NCBI GenBank assembly: GCA_041622295.1
Contig: JBFJZC010000001.1
Location: 1-33,548, forward strand
Direction of reading: 5' to 3'
DNA: 33,548 nucleotides
DNA from: Porticoccaceae bacterium
Lineage (GTDB): Bacteria > Pseudomonadota > Gammaproteobacteria > Pseudomonadales > Porticoccaceae
In this document: positions 1-8,706 of the stretch, piece after piece
Layout: each line of letters opens with the position of its first letter
Numbering within the stretch: position 1 is the first letter of the stretch
The notes under the pieces: model-generated
The model's database searches: none
What the model was told of the DNA's origin: nothing
What the model saw: only the letters and a program-made list of their open reading frames with translations
Position numbers and translations under genes: made by a program

Positions 1-786
1 CGCGTCGCCCTCTGCTACCACCATTTTCAGTTTGGGGTGACGCTCAAACACACCACCAAATATAAACACGCCCATAATATCCTGCACACCGCGAATGATG
101 TTCATAAAGCCGTTGGCCGAATGCCCTCGCGCCGGCTTGAATGCGGACGAAACATCATGGCCTTTCATCGTCAGGATATGAAAGCAGACGGGCATATTGA
201 GATCGACGGCGCATTGCCACAGCGGATCATAATCGCGGTGATCGTAATCTTCATGTTGCGGATTGCCGGTCATCATCATGCCGCACATACCCATTTCCTT
301 GGCACGGCGAAAGTCTTCTATGGTTTCATCGACAGATGCCACGGCGGTTTGTGCGAGTCCGAACAGGCGGGTCGGTGCTTCACCGCAAAAAGTTTGTAGC
401 CAGCGGTTATAGGCATTGAAACAGGCGGATTTGTAGGTGTAATCCTCAAGGCCGCAGAGCACCATGCCCACCGAAGCATAAATGATTTCGGCACATATTT
501 TTTCTTCATCCTGAATAGCCAGGCGAGCACGCGGATTCCAGCTGGCTGGTGCCAGCTCGTCAAAACTGAGTCGGCGCTGTTTAACTAAATCCGCCGCTGG
601 GACCCCTGCGCCAGCCAGCAAACCCAGCGGCAGGGCCGTTGTCATGCCTTCAACCACAAACGCATCGACGCCGTATTTGTTCTTCTCAATGCGCGGTGCC
701 CTGCTGCGAAATTTCGGATCGATAAAGTCCACGTAGCAATGAGGTGGTTCAACGATATGGGAGTCTGCTGATATACAGGGTTTCAT
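1..786 (-). CDS. Amidohydrolase-2 (ACMSD-like metal-dependent hydrolase/decarboxylase) family protein; N-terminal 262 codons, C-terminus runs off the left edge
   Basis: Absent from the ORF track because the frame is open to the window edge. My translation of the reverse strand from ATG 786..784 reads MKPCISADSHIVEPPHCYVDFIDPKFRSRAPRIEKNKYGVDAFVVEGMTT...NIIRGVQDIMGVFIFGGVFERHPKLKMVVAEGDA, with no stop through base 1. AGGAGA (rc of 793..798) lies 6 nt upstream of the ATG. The N-terminal SADxHxxEP motif and the FGGVFERHP segment are typical of this family and are shared with the 9487..10683 paralogue. Confidence 0.8.
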   Translation of the reverse strand, partial: MKPCISADSHIVEPPHCYVDFIDPKFRSRAPRIEKNKYGVDAFVVEGMTTALPLGLLAGAGVPAADLVKQRRLSFDELAPASWNPRARLAIQDEEKICAEIIYASVGMVLCGLEDYTYKSACFNAYNRWLQTFCGEAPTRLFGLAQTAVASVDETIEDFRRAKEMGMCGMMMTGNPQHEDYDHRDYDPLWQCAVDLNMPVCFHILTMKGHDVSSAFKPARGHSANGFMNIIRGVQDIMGVFIFGGVFERHPKLKMVVAEGDA

Positions 787-802
787 GGGGGTTCTCCTAA
801 TT

Positions 803-840
803 AGTAGTTAAAAGTGAGTAGTTAAAAGTGAGTAATTGAA
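803..840. repeat. Perfect 14-bp tandem repeat AGTAGTTAAAAGTG x2 (803-816, 817-830) plus a degenerate third copy (831-840)
   Basis: Read directly from the sequence. It lies 4 nt upstream, in the minus-strand sense, of the amidohydrolase Shine-Dalgarno, within the divergent intergenic region 787..1098. Confidence 0.9.
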
Positions 841-994
841 CGGTGGAACCGTCGCAGTAAATTAATAAATTTGTATTGCTTTAGATCAAATAGCTGATAA
901 AAAATCTGCGCCCTTTGTCGACAGTATAGGCCAGTTGGGGCGTGGTTGATGTAAAGACTTAGCTTGTCGTCGCAGTTATTCCATGGGATGATTT

Positions 995-1023
995 TTGCGC
1001 ATTATGGCGATCACGCTTATAAA
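995..1023 (+). promoter_or_regulatory. Candidate sigma70-type promoter for the CBS-domain gene
   Basis: TTGCGC (995-1000), a 17-nt spacer, then TATAAA (1018-1023), about 75 nt upstream of ATG 1099. Motif match only. Confidence 0.3.
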
Positions 1024-1098
1024 TACACGCGCGCGTAGGGAATAAGAACAAAAAGTTGCTTTCAGGACACATGATGGCTGCTTGCAAAGGAGATAAGC

Positions 1099-1908
1099 AT
1101 GGAAAAGTGGCAGGTAGTGGCATTATTGGCCAGTGGCGGGGTACTGCTTATCCTGGCCGTTTTAGTCAGGGTCAGGTTCGGCGACAGGTACGAGCTTAAA
1201 ACCATTGACCTGGTATTACTGCTGCTGCCTCTACTCTTTGTGGCACTGGTAAGCGGCAAGCTGAAAATGCTTGACGCGTTTGGAGTGAAGGCTGATTTTT
1301 CAGAATTATTCAGCGGCGCGGCCCAAACAAAGATCGAGTATCAGGTTGTTGATACCGCCTCACCGCCAGTCGACGAAGTCGTGCGGATGCTGGAGATGGC
1401 GTCGAAAGGTGGGGTTCGGGAAATTCCCGACTTGGTGGCCCGCAAAACCGAAGCACTGGTTTTCCGTCTGGGTCACGGCGGATATTACGGCCCCGCCATT
1501 AACAGCTACGTGGATGCCCTGTATGCCAGCTCTTTTTTACAATACATTATCGTTCTGGACGAGGAGGGTAAGTTGTTTGGACTATACGATGCTCTTGATC
1601 TTGCGGTGTGGTTTCGTACCACCGGTGATCGGGCGTACCGGGATTTTGCCGACTGGTTAAATCGCGCGGGTACGGCGCGTGAGGAGTTGGCTAAATTGCC
1701 CGGCTTTGTCAGTAAACTGGATGCTGTCGCCAGGGATATGAGTAAGCGAGACGTGCTGCGTAAAATGGAAGAATTGAGCGCTGACAGCTTGCCCGTGGTG
1801 GATGGTGCCGGGCTTTTCGTTGGCACTGTGGAGCGTTCTCGGTTGACCTCCAGCCTGATCCTCGAAGTAGCCGACCGGATTGAATCCGGCGGGGCGAGCG
1901 CTCAGTAA
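1099..1908 (+). CDS. Membrane-anchored protein with a C-terminal CBS-like domain; function unknown
   Basis: 269-aa ORF. AAGGAG at 1087-1092 lies 6 nt before the ATG. Two N-terminal hydrophobic helices (VVALLASGGVLLILAVLV, LVLLLLPLLFVALV). The C-terminal segment DVLRKMEELSADSLPVVDGAGLFVGTVERSRL resembles a CBS motif. Confidence 0.7.
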   Translation: MEKWQVVALLASGGVLLILAVLVRVRFGDRYELKTIDLVLLLLPLLFVALVSGKLKMLDAFGVKADFSELFSGAAQTKIEYQVVDTASPPVDEVVRMLEMASKGGVREIPDLVARKTEALVFRLGHGGYYGPAINSYVDALYASSFLQYIIVLDEEGKLFGLYDALDLAVWFRTTGDRAYRDFADWLNRAGTAREELAKLPGFVSKLDAVARDMSKRDVLRKMEELSADSLPVVDGAGLFVGTVERSRLTSSLILEVADRIESGGASAQ

Positions 1909-2113
1909 TTGAACGCCTTGCCCTGTACAACGCAGTGACGATTTGTGTCCACTTGTTGCATACCGTCATATTCGAGGCCACCATACGGCAGCGCGATAAT
2001 TGTGAGCGGCCAGGAGCAGAATGTTCTGCCCCGATTTGCCGCGCTGTCGATGCGTTTGGCCTAAGCAATTAAATCTTTTCCGGGGCAGGTGTTTGTTTAG
2101 AATTTTAAGCGGT

Positions 2114-3616
2114 ATGGTCCCTCTCAGGATGTCAGTCGCAATACCCACTGTGACAGCCTGTCGAATCTCAGCAGTCATGCTCGGCGGAATGCTGGCTGTG
2201 CTGCTCGGTGGCTGTACATTGGCGCCGGAATATACCCGACCAGCCAATCACGCCTCGTCTGCTGATTACGCCCTGGCGGCAGATCAGTTGGTCGCTGGGG
2301 GCAATACTCGGCCTGCGGGGCAAGCCGTAGGGCATCGGCCTTCGCGCTGGTGGGAAAGTTACGGTGACACGCTGCTCAATAAATGGATCGCACAACTAAG
2401 CGCTGACAATCTGGATCTGCGTGCTGCGGCTGAGCGAATCGTGCAGGCTGATGAGCAGGTACGAATACAGCGCGGCGCCTGGTGGCCTGCGGTGGGTTTG
2501 ACCAGTAACAGCGCGCGCAGTTTTGCCCCTGCTCCTGGCGGTGCCCTGGGTGGCAGTCAGCAACGTGCCTACACATCCAGTGTCGACGCCGGCGCGACTG
2601 TTGCCTGGCAGATAGACCTGTTTGGGCGTGTGCGTAATGCGGTGGCATCGGCCGAGTACAGTGCGCTGGCCAGCGCGACGGACCACAGTGCATTGCTGCA
2701 AACACTGATTGTTGAGCTGGTCAGCCGTCGCGTGGCATTGGCGCTGCTCCTACGGGAAATCGATATTCAGCAGGACATTGTGCAGAGTCGGGAACAAACC
2801 CTGAACACGGTATCGCGGCGTTACGAGCTGGGGGTAAAAAATGCTTCCGCAGTCGATGTGCATACGGCTCGTGAAAATCTGACTTCAGCGCGTGCGCAGC
2901 TCGTTTTTTTGCAACAACAAATGGCTGCGACGCTGTTAGTGGTCGATGTCCTGCTAAATCAGCGTCCGGGCGCTCTGCAAGGCGTTGACACGCTATTCCC
3001 CGTCCTACCGCCAAACGATGCCCCACCTGTCGATACACCGCTGGCTCTGCTTGATCAGCGGCCAGACATCCGTGGTAGCGAGTTACGTTTAATGGCTGCC
3101 AATGCGGGTATTGGTATTGCCGTCGCAGACTTATTTCCAGATCTGACGATTTCAGCCAGTCGCGGTTTTAATAATGATCAGTTAGGCGGTCTGTTAACAA
3201 ACAATAACGCTGTGGGCGTGATCGCCGGTAAGATTTCGGCGCGCCTCTTTGAGGGTGGACGGTTAAGGGCGCAAATTCGATTGCGGGAATCCAGAATGCG
3301 GGAGCTAACCGCCGACTACGCAAGGACGGTGCTTGTCGCCATGGCTGAGGTTGAGACGGCGCTGATCCAGGAGCGGTTTTTGGGCGAGCAGATCGACAAT
3401 TTGCAGGCTGGCGTAGTGGCCTCCCGACAGGCTGAAGTTCTCGCTCAGGAGCGTTATCAACGCGGCATCACCCCCTTGTTGGAGTTGCTTGAAGCGCAAC
3501 GACGTCGGCAAAACGCTGAGCGCAGTTTGTTGGCGGCGCAGCGAGCGAGCTGGTCGGCGCGCATCAATCTGCATTTGGCGCTAGGTGGTGACTGGCTGGT
3601 CGAGGAAAGGTTGTAA
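2114..3616 (+). CDS. RND efflux outer-membrane factor lipoprotein (NodT/OprM family)
   Basis: ORF 2021..3616. Lipobox LLGGC after a hydrophobic signal (MLGGMLAVLLGGC TLAPEY). Two TolC-like repeat halves and the C-terminal ...LLELLEAQRRRQNAERSLLAAQRASWSARINLHLALGG typical of NodT-family OMFs. The start is uncertain: ATG 2114 or 2129 are more plausible than 2021, whose N-terminus is Cys/Arg-rich and not signal-like. Confidence 0.85.
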   Translation: MVPLRMSVAIPTVTACRISAVMLGGMLAVLLGGCTLAPEYTRPANHASSADYALAADQLVAGGNTRPAGQAVGHRPSRWWESYGDTLLNKWIAQLSADNLDLRAAAERIVQADEQVRIQRGAWWPAVGLTSNSARSFAPAPGGALGGSQQRAYTSSVDAGATVAWQIDLFGRVRNAVASAEYSALASATDHSALLQTLIVELVSRRVALALLLREIDIQQDIVQSREQTLNTVSRRYELGVKNASAVDVHTARENLTSARAQLVFLQQQMAATLLVVDVLLNQRPGALQGVDTLFPVLPPNDAPPVDTPLALLDQRPDIRGSELRLMAANAGIGIAVADLFPDLTISASRGFNNDQLGGLLTNNNAVGVIAGKISARLFEGGRLRAQIRLRESRMRELTADYARTVLVAMAEVETALIQERFLGEQIDNLQAGVVASRQAEVLAQERYQRGITPLLELLEAQRRRQNAERSLLAAQRASWSARINLHLALGGDWLVEERL

Positions 3617-3696
3617 AGCTCAGGCACTGCGGTTTTACAAGGTATGGTTTGAAAAGGCTGGTTTGAAGCGGCAGGGATGGTGGGGCGGCGGTTGAG

Positions 3697-3726
3697 GGAA
3701 CAGGGCATGATGGAACAGGGCATGAT
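3697..3726. repeat. 15-bp perfect tandem repeat GGAACAGGGCATGAT x2 with a degenerate third copy, inside a purine- and G-tract-rich intercistronic spacer
   Basis: Read directly: copies at 3697-3711 and 3712-3726, followed by GGGGAACAGAGG. GGG or GGGG runs at 3674, 3682, 3696, 3703, 3718 and 3727. Confidence 0.9.
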
Positions 3727-3799
3727 GGGGAACAGAGGTAGCAGAGATGGAGACCGCAGGGGCGGAGATTGATGTGAGCAAGGGGTCGCTGGATTAAAA

Positions 3800-4969
3800 A
3801 TGGTAAAGATAATTAGCCGCGAAAATCGACAGTTGGTGTTGGTGATAGTAATTATCGTCGGCGCCATCGTGCTATCGCGGATGCTGGGTGCTACCCGCAC
3901 GCTGCCGCAGGCGACAAGTAGCTCGGTGGGTCTGCCCGTTACCGCGACCGAATTAAGGAAGGGGGCTTATCCGGTGCAGATTCGTTCTACCGGGCGTGTG
4001 ATACCGCGTGGCACGGTGTCCATTACGCCTCAGGTGTCGGGTCGCGTGGTGTGGGTCAGCGATCATTTATACGGCGGCGGCTATCTGGTTCGAGATGAGG
4101 TGTTGTTTCGTGTCGAGGCCGCCGACTATGAAAACGATGTGGCTCGCGAACGGGCTGCCGTGGCAAAGGCGCAGACGGATCTGGCGCTGGAGCGAGCCGA
4201 AGCGGATGCGGCAGTGGCGGAATGGCGGGGCTTGAACCCGGGGGTGAAACCATCGCCGCTGGTGAGCCGGGTGCCACAAATCGCTCAGGCAGATGCCGAG
4301 GTGGCGGCAGCGAAAGCACGATTAGCTCAGGCGGAATTGAATTTGTCGCGCACGCATTACCGCTTACCGTTTGACGGACGGGTTATATCCAGCACACTGG
4401 AACCTGGGGCATATATTCTTGCCGGACAGAGTTATGGCGAAATATACAACCAGAACTCACTCGAAGTAGTTCTGTCCCTGGCCCAGGCGGATTTACCCTG
4501 GCTGCGTCGACCGGACGAGGTCGATGTCGACATCATTAACTTTAATGAGCAAGATGTTGAGCCAGGTGTCCAATCCGACCGCAGATCAATCGGCGGAAAG
4601 ATTCTGCGGATGGGCGCCATCCTTGACGATGCGACGCGGTTTCAGCAGGTCGTTATCAAACCGGTCGGTGACGGGAGTTTGTTACCTGGAATGTTGGTTG
4701 AGGTAGTGCTGCGCAGTTCACCCGTCGCGGACACCTGGAAAGTGCCAGCGTCTGCTGTTCAGTCAGGCCAGGTTATCTGGCAGGTGGATGAAAACGCCAC
4801 GTTGCGTCGCGTCGAACCGCAGGTCATCGCGACCCTGTCTGACAGCGTGATCGTGCGATTGCCTGTGAACACTGACTCTGTTTTGGTGGTGGACGCGCCC
4901 ATCAGCGGTGTTATTGAGGGCGCAAAAGTCGTGGTGCTTAACTCGCAGGATAAGCCTCGACGTGAGTGA
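3800..4969 (+). CDS. RND efflux periplasmic adaptor (membrane fusion protein, HlyD/AcrA family)
   Basis: 389-aa ORF. N-terminal membrane anchor LVLVIVIIVGAIVLS. Barrel-sandwich and coiled-coil signature (VSITPQVSGRVVWV..., ERAAVAKAQTDLALERAEADAAVAEW..., AKARLAQAELNLSRTHYRLPFDGRV). Positioned immediately upstream of the RND pump. Confidence 0.85.
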   Translation: MVKIISRENRQLVLVIVIIVGAIVLSRMLGATRTLPQATSSSVGLPVTATELRKGAYPVQIRSTGRVIPRGTVSITPQVSGRVVWVSDHLYGGGYLVRDEVLFRVEAADYENDVARERAAVAKAQTDLALERAEADAAVAEWRGLNPGVKPSPLVSRVPQIAQADAEVAAAKARLAQAELNLSRTHYRLPFDGRVISSTLEPGAYILAGQSYGEIYNQNSLEVVLSLAQADLPWLRRPDEVDVDIINFNEQDVEPGVQSDRRSIGGKILRMGAILDDATRFQQVVIKPVGDGSLLPGMLVEVVLRSSPVADTWKVPASAVQSGQVIWQVDENATLRRVEPQVIATLSDSVIVRLPVNTDSVLVVDAPISGVIEGAKVVVLNSQDKPRRE

Positions 4970-4985
4970 GGGAGATGCGGGTCGG

Positions 4986-7900
4986 GTGAATAATCGCTTA
5001 TCGCTCGTTGGGTGGTTTGCCAACAACAGCGTGGCCGCCAATATCATCATGGTTTTTCTGCTGGTGGGTGGATTTTTAGCTGCCCGTAGCATGATCACCG
5101 AAACGTTTCCTGCCCTGGATCCGCGTACCATTACCATTGCTACCCCTTACCCCGGCGCGACTCCCCACGATGTTGAAGAAAGTATAACGCGGCGTGTCGA
5201 GGAGGCAGTGATCGGCATACAGGGGGTCAAACGGGTCACCTCAAGCGCCAATGAAGGCGCCGGCGTGGTAACCGTGGTAATGGAGGATTTTGCCAACCAG
5301 AATCAGGTGCTGGACGACGTACAAACAGCGGTGGATGGCCTGGTTGATTTCCCGCCCGAAGAGGCCGAGGAGCCATCCATCATCAAAACCAAGCGCATTT
5401 CCAGCATGATGTCGCTGGCGGTGTTTGGTGCGGTCGATGAACGTACTCTCCACTACTGGGCGGAAAAGGTGGAAAGCGAGATGTTGCAGTTGCCGGAGGT
5501 AACGCTGATCGATGTCACCGGCGGACGCAATCTGGAAATTGCCATCGAGGTCAGTGAAGAAACACTGCGCCACTACGGATTGACCATAGACGATGTCTCT
5601 CGTCGCATCGCCGAGTTTTCTATCGATGTTCCGGGGGGAACCCTGCGCACTGAAGCCGGCGACATACTGATTCGAGTACAGAGCAAGCGTTATACCGGCG
5701 CAGAGTTTGCAGACATCACTATCCGCAGTCGTAAAGATGGCGCCAAGCTGAGGCTCAGCGAAATTGCAACCATTCGTGATGGCTTTGAGGACACGCAGGT
5801 CATCAATCACTACAACGGTAAACCGGCACTGTTCGTCCAGGTATCGCGCAGCGATACCCAGGATACCCTCGATACTGAGCGCGCCATCAAGGCCTATCTG
5901 ACCACCCTGCAGTTACCCGTCGGGCTCAATATAGAAATATGGCGGAATTCTACCGACGTGTTGCGCGATCGTATTAGCCTGATGGTGCGTAACGGCATTC
6001 TTGGCTACGTTCTGGTATTCCTCAGTTTGTTACTGTTTCTCGATTTGAAGCTGGCGTTCTGGACCAGTCTGGGTATACCTATATCGTTCATGGGTGGTCT
6101 ATTGCTGGTATCTTTTACCGGTATCACGATGAACATGATTACCCTGTTTGCTCTTATCATCGTACTGGGCATTGTGGTTGATGACGCCATTGTCACCGGC
6201 GAAAGTATTTTTAACGAGCAGGAGAAAAACCCGGACAATCCGAATGCGGTGCTGGATGGTGTGTTCCTGATCAAGGCGCCAGTCACCATCGGTGTGTTGA
6301 CCACCATTGCAGCCTTTGCCCCGTTGGTATTTTCGACGGGTGCCATGGCGCAAATCATGCTGCCGGTACCGCTGATCGTTATCGGCATCCTGGCGGTGTC
6401 ATTGATTGAAGCGTTTTACATATTGCCAGCTCACCTGGCTTCCACCTCTCGCTGGAGCCTCGGTTTGCTGGCGGCTCTGCGCGATAAAACCCATGGGGGC
6501 CTGGCGCGCTTTATTGAACATTGGGTGGTGCCTTCGATCACCCTCAGCCTGCGTTATCGCTACGTTGCCGTAGCGATAGGATGTGCGACCATTATTATTG
6601 CGCTGGGTATTTTTCAGGGCGGCTTCGTGCGCTTTATTTTCTTCCCGCAGATTGACAGCGATCACATCACCGTCAACCTCAAAATGCCGGTAGGCACCCC
6701 TTTCGAAACGACTTACCAATACGCCGCCAAAATTCTCGAAGCTGGCGAAACAATGGCCCGTGAAACAGACGCGTTGATTGATGCAGAGCTACCTGCAGAG
6801 AAATCTATCGTCGAGGCGATCTCATTCACTGTCGGCAGTCAGGGAGCAGATACGACAGGACCCATGGCGAGCAATGCCAGCGCTAACGCAACCAACCTGG
6901 CGCAAATCCGCATGGAACTGGTTCCCGGTGATCAACGGCCGTTTTCTTCCAGTGAGCTGGAGCGTCGCTGGCGAAAAAATACGCCGCTGATCCCTGGCGC
7001 GGAGAGCCTGACGTTCAGCAGCAGTCTGGTTCGCGCCGGCGATGATATAAATGTGGAACTGTCCCACCGTGATGAGCGGGTGTTAGCCAGCGCTGCTACT
7101 CAGCTCAAGCAGTCTCTTGGCTTGATTGAGGGTGTCAGCGAAGTAGAGGACAGCTTTGAACCGGGCAAACGAGAATACGTGTTTGCACTCACCTCGGCCG
7201 GATTAGCGGCAGGCCTGACACCGGTCGACATCGGTCGTCAGCTACGTTTTGCCTATTACGGCGCAGAAGTGCATCGTGTCCAGCGCGGGCGCAATGAACT
7301 CAAGGTGATGGTGCGTTACCCCCAGGCGCAGCGGCGGACACTTAGCGATCTTTACAATACCCGTATTCGACTTAAAGATGGCGCGGAAATGGATTTGCGT
7401 ACGGCGGCGGTGATTAGCGAGCAGCGCGGCTATTCGCGGATTGAACGGGTTGACGGTCATCGCATTGTCAGCGTCAGCGCCAACGTTGAAGAGGCAGTTA
7501 CCACGCCGGATGATGTTATAGCCAGCCTGCGTGAAACGGCGCTTCCCGAGCTTATGGTCGCGTATCCGGGTCTGTCTCACTCCTTTGCCGGGATCAGCCG
7601 TGATCAGAGCGACGATATGCAGTCGCTACTGCGCAATCTGGTGATCGCGGTGATGGTGATGTTTGTCATGCTGGCATCGCAACTGCGCAGTTACGTACAG
7701 CCGCTGGTTATTTTAAGCGCGATCCCTTTTGGATTCGTTGGCTCACTGTTGGGTCACCTGATCATGGGTTTCGATATCTCGTTTATATCCATGTTTGGCA
7801 TGATTGCTTTGTCTGGCGTAGTGATTAACGATTCTCTGGTACTGGTCGATTATTTCAATCATCTGCGGGCAGAGCAGGGCCTCGATACCAAAGAGGCGCT

Positions 7901-8156
7901 GATTGCCGCTGTGGCCCGTCGGTTTCGGCCGATTTTGCTAACCACTATGACCACCAGCCTTGGCCTGTTGCCGATGCTCCTGGAAACTAGCTTGCAGGCA
8001 AGATTTCTTATCCCCATGGCCATTAGCATTGCTTTTGGCATTCTTTATGCCAGCACGGTAATTATATTTCTGGTGCCAGCATTAATTCTCATCGCCGAGG
8101 ATTGCAAAGCGCTGGGCCGGACGCTTATTGGTCGACAAAACGAAGCGTCTACGTAA
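4986..8156 (+). CDS. RND efflux transporter permease (AcrB/AcrD/AcrF superfamily)
   Basis: ORF 4908..8156. The N-terminus LVGWFANNSVAANIIMVFLLVGGFLA matches the usual RND start. Twelve-TM architecture with two large periplasmic loops. Motifs include ALIIVLGIVVDDAIV and MIALSGVVINDSLVLVDY. I chose in-frame GTG 4986, with GAGGGA at 4968-4973 upstream, because it begins after the adaptor stop at 4969. The start could be as far upstream as 4908. Confidence 0.9.
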   Translation: MNNRLSLVGWFANNSVAANIIMVFLLVGGFLAARSMITETFPALDPRTITIATPYPGATPHDVEESITRRVEEAVIGIQGVKRVTSSANEGAGVVTVVMEDFANQNQVLDDVQTAVDGLVDFPPEEAEEPSIIKTKRISSMMSLAVFGAVDERTLHYWAEKVESEMLQLPEVTLIDVTGGRNLEIAIEVSEETLRHYGLTIDDVSRRIAEFSIDVPGGTLRTEAGDILIRVQSKRYTGAEFADITIRSRKDGAKLRLSEIATIRDGFEDTQVINHYNGKPALFVQVSRSDTQDTLDTERAIKAYLTTLQLPVGLNIEIWRNSTDVLRDRISLMVRNGILGYVLVFLSLLLFLDLKLAFWTSLGIPISFMGGLLLVSFTGITMNMITLFALIIVLGIVVDDAIVTGESIFNEQEKNPDNPNAVLDGVFLIKAPVTIGVLTTIAAFAPLVFSTGAMAQIMLPVPLIVIGILAVSLIEAFYILPAHLASTSRWSLGLLAALRDKTHGGLARFIEHWVVPSITLSLRYRYVAVAIGCATIIIALGIFQGGFVRFIFFPQIDSDHITVNLKMPVGTPFETTYQYAAKILEAGETMARETDALIDAELPAEKSIVEAISFTVGSQGADTTGPMASNASANATNLAQIRMELVPGDQRPFSSSELERRWRKNTPLIPGAESLTFSSSLVRAGDDINVELSHRDERVLASAATQLKQSLGLIEGVSEVEDSFEPGKREYVFALTSAGLAAGLTPVDIGRQLRFAYYGAEVHRVQRGRNELKVMVRYPQAQRRTLSDLYNTRIRLKDGAEMDLRTAAVISEQRGYSRIERVDGHRIVSVSANVEEAVTTPDDVIASLRETALPELMVAYPGLSHSFAGISRDQSDDMQSLLRNLVIAVMVMFVMLASQLRSYVQPLVILSAIPFGFVGSLLGHLIMGFDISFISMFGMIALSGVVINDSLVLVDYFNHLRAEQGLDTKEALIAAVARRFRPILLTTMTTSLGLLPMLLETSLQARFLIPMAISIAFGILYASTVIIFLVPALILIAEDCKALGRTLIGRQNEAST

Positions 8157-8173
8157 TGCGGGGCGCTTTTTTT
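8143..8173 (+). terminator. Weak candidate intrinsic terminator after the RND pump
   Basis: A T7 run at 8167-8173 follows the stop closely. Only a weak stem precedes it (AAGCG 8143-8147 with CGCTT 8164-8168, 16-nt loop). Confidence 0.3.
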
Positions 8174-8312
8174 AAAGGTCTATTGGAGGTTGCGTTGACG
8201 GCGCGATGGTTGACAGTCATCTGTGCAACTGTCTAAATGAAAAGCGCGGAGTAGAGCTAATAAAAAATACAGCGAGTCAGATACAGACATAACGAACCAG
8301 GGAGTCGAAATC

Positions 8313-8690
8313 ATGGAGTGTCCTAAATGTCAGCGTGAAATGCTAAGGCGGACATTTAACCGTGTCACTGTAGATAGATGCACAGGCTGTTTCGGTCTAT
8401 TTTGTGAGCCAGCCGCCATTGAGGACGGCAAGGAAGTGTGGCTGGCTGAAGCGGTGGTCGATATCGGTTATCCAGGCACGGGGGCGCGGTACGATACTAT
8501 TGACGATATCGATTGTCCTGAGTGCGAAGTCAAAATGGACAAAATTTCGGACCCGGAGCAGACACACATCTGGATGGAAACCTGCCCCCAATGTAATAAA
8601 ATATTCCTCGATGCAGGGGAGTTTACCGATCTGAAATACAACACCGTTCTGGATCGTATTCGCGGTTGGCGTAAAGGTCAGCGACCCTAG
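8313..8690 (+). CDS. Double zinc-ribbon protein (two zf-TFIIB-type CxxC...CxxC modules)
   Basis: 125-aa ORF. GGGAG lies about 9 nt upstream. Module 1 is CPKC...CTGC followed by GLFCEPAAIE. Module 2 is CPEC...CPQC followed by KIFLDAGEFTDL, the conserved tail of the zf-TFIIB-like bacterial family. Confidence 0.75.
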   Translation: MECPKCQREMLRRTFNRVTVDRCTGCFGLFCEPAAIEDGKEVWLAEAVVDIGYPGTGARYDTIDDIDCPECEVKMDKISDPEQTHIWMETCPQCNKIFLDAGEFTDLKYNTVLDRIRGWRKGQRP

Positions 8691-8706
8691 ATCCTGGCCT
8701 TTGGTG

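Noticed and set aside
3457-3900. 147-aa minus-strand ORF spanning the G-rich spacer (contains PIMPCSIMPCS repeats).
   Set aside because: Its repeat merely mirrors the 15-bp DNA repeat. It overlaps the ends of two well-supported plus-strand genes and has a Pro/Ser/Cys low-complexity composition.
5241-5810. 189-aa minus-strand ORF inside the RND pump gene, together with similar long antisense ORFs at 16024..16626 (in ptsP), 21478..22029 (in nspC), 28987..29457 (in secD) and 23104..23391 (in the dehydrogenase gene).
   Set aside because: Each lies wholly inside a gene with strong family-level identity on the other strand. They lack SD sequences, and their Arg/His/Gly/Cys-rich compositions are typical of antisense frames in moderately GC-rich DNA.
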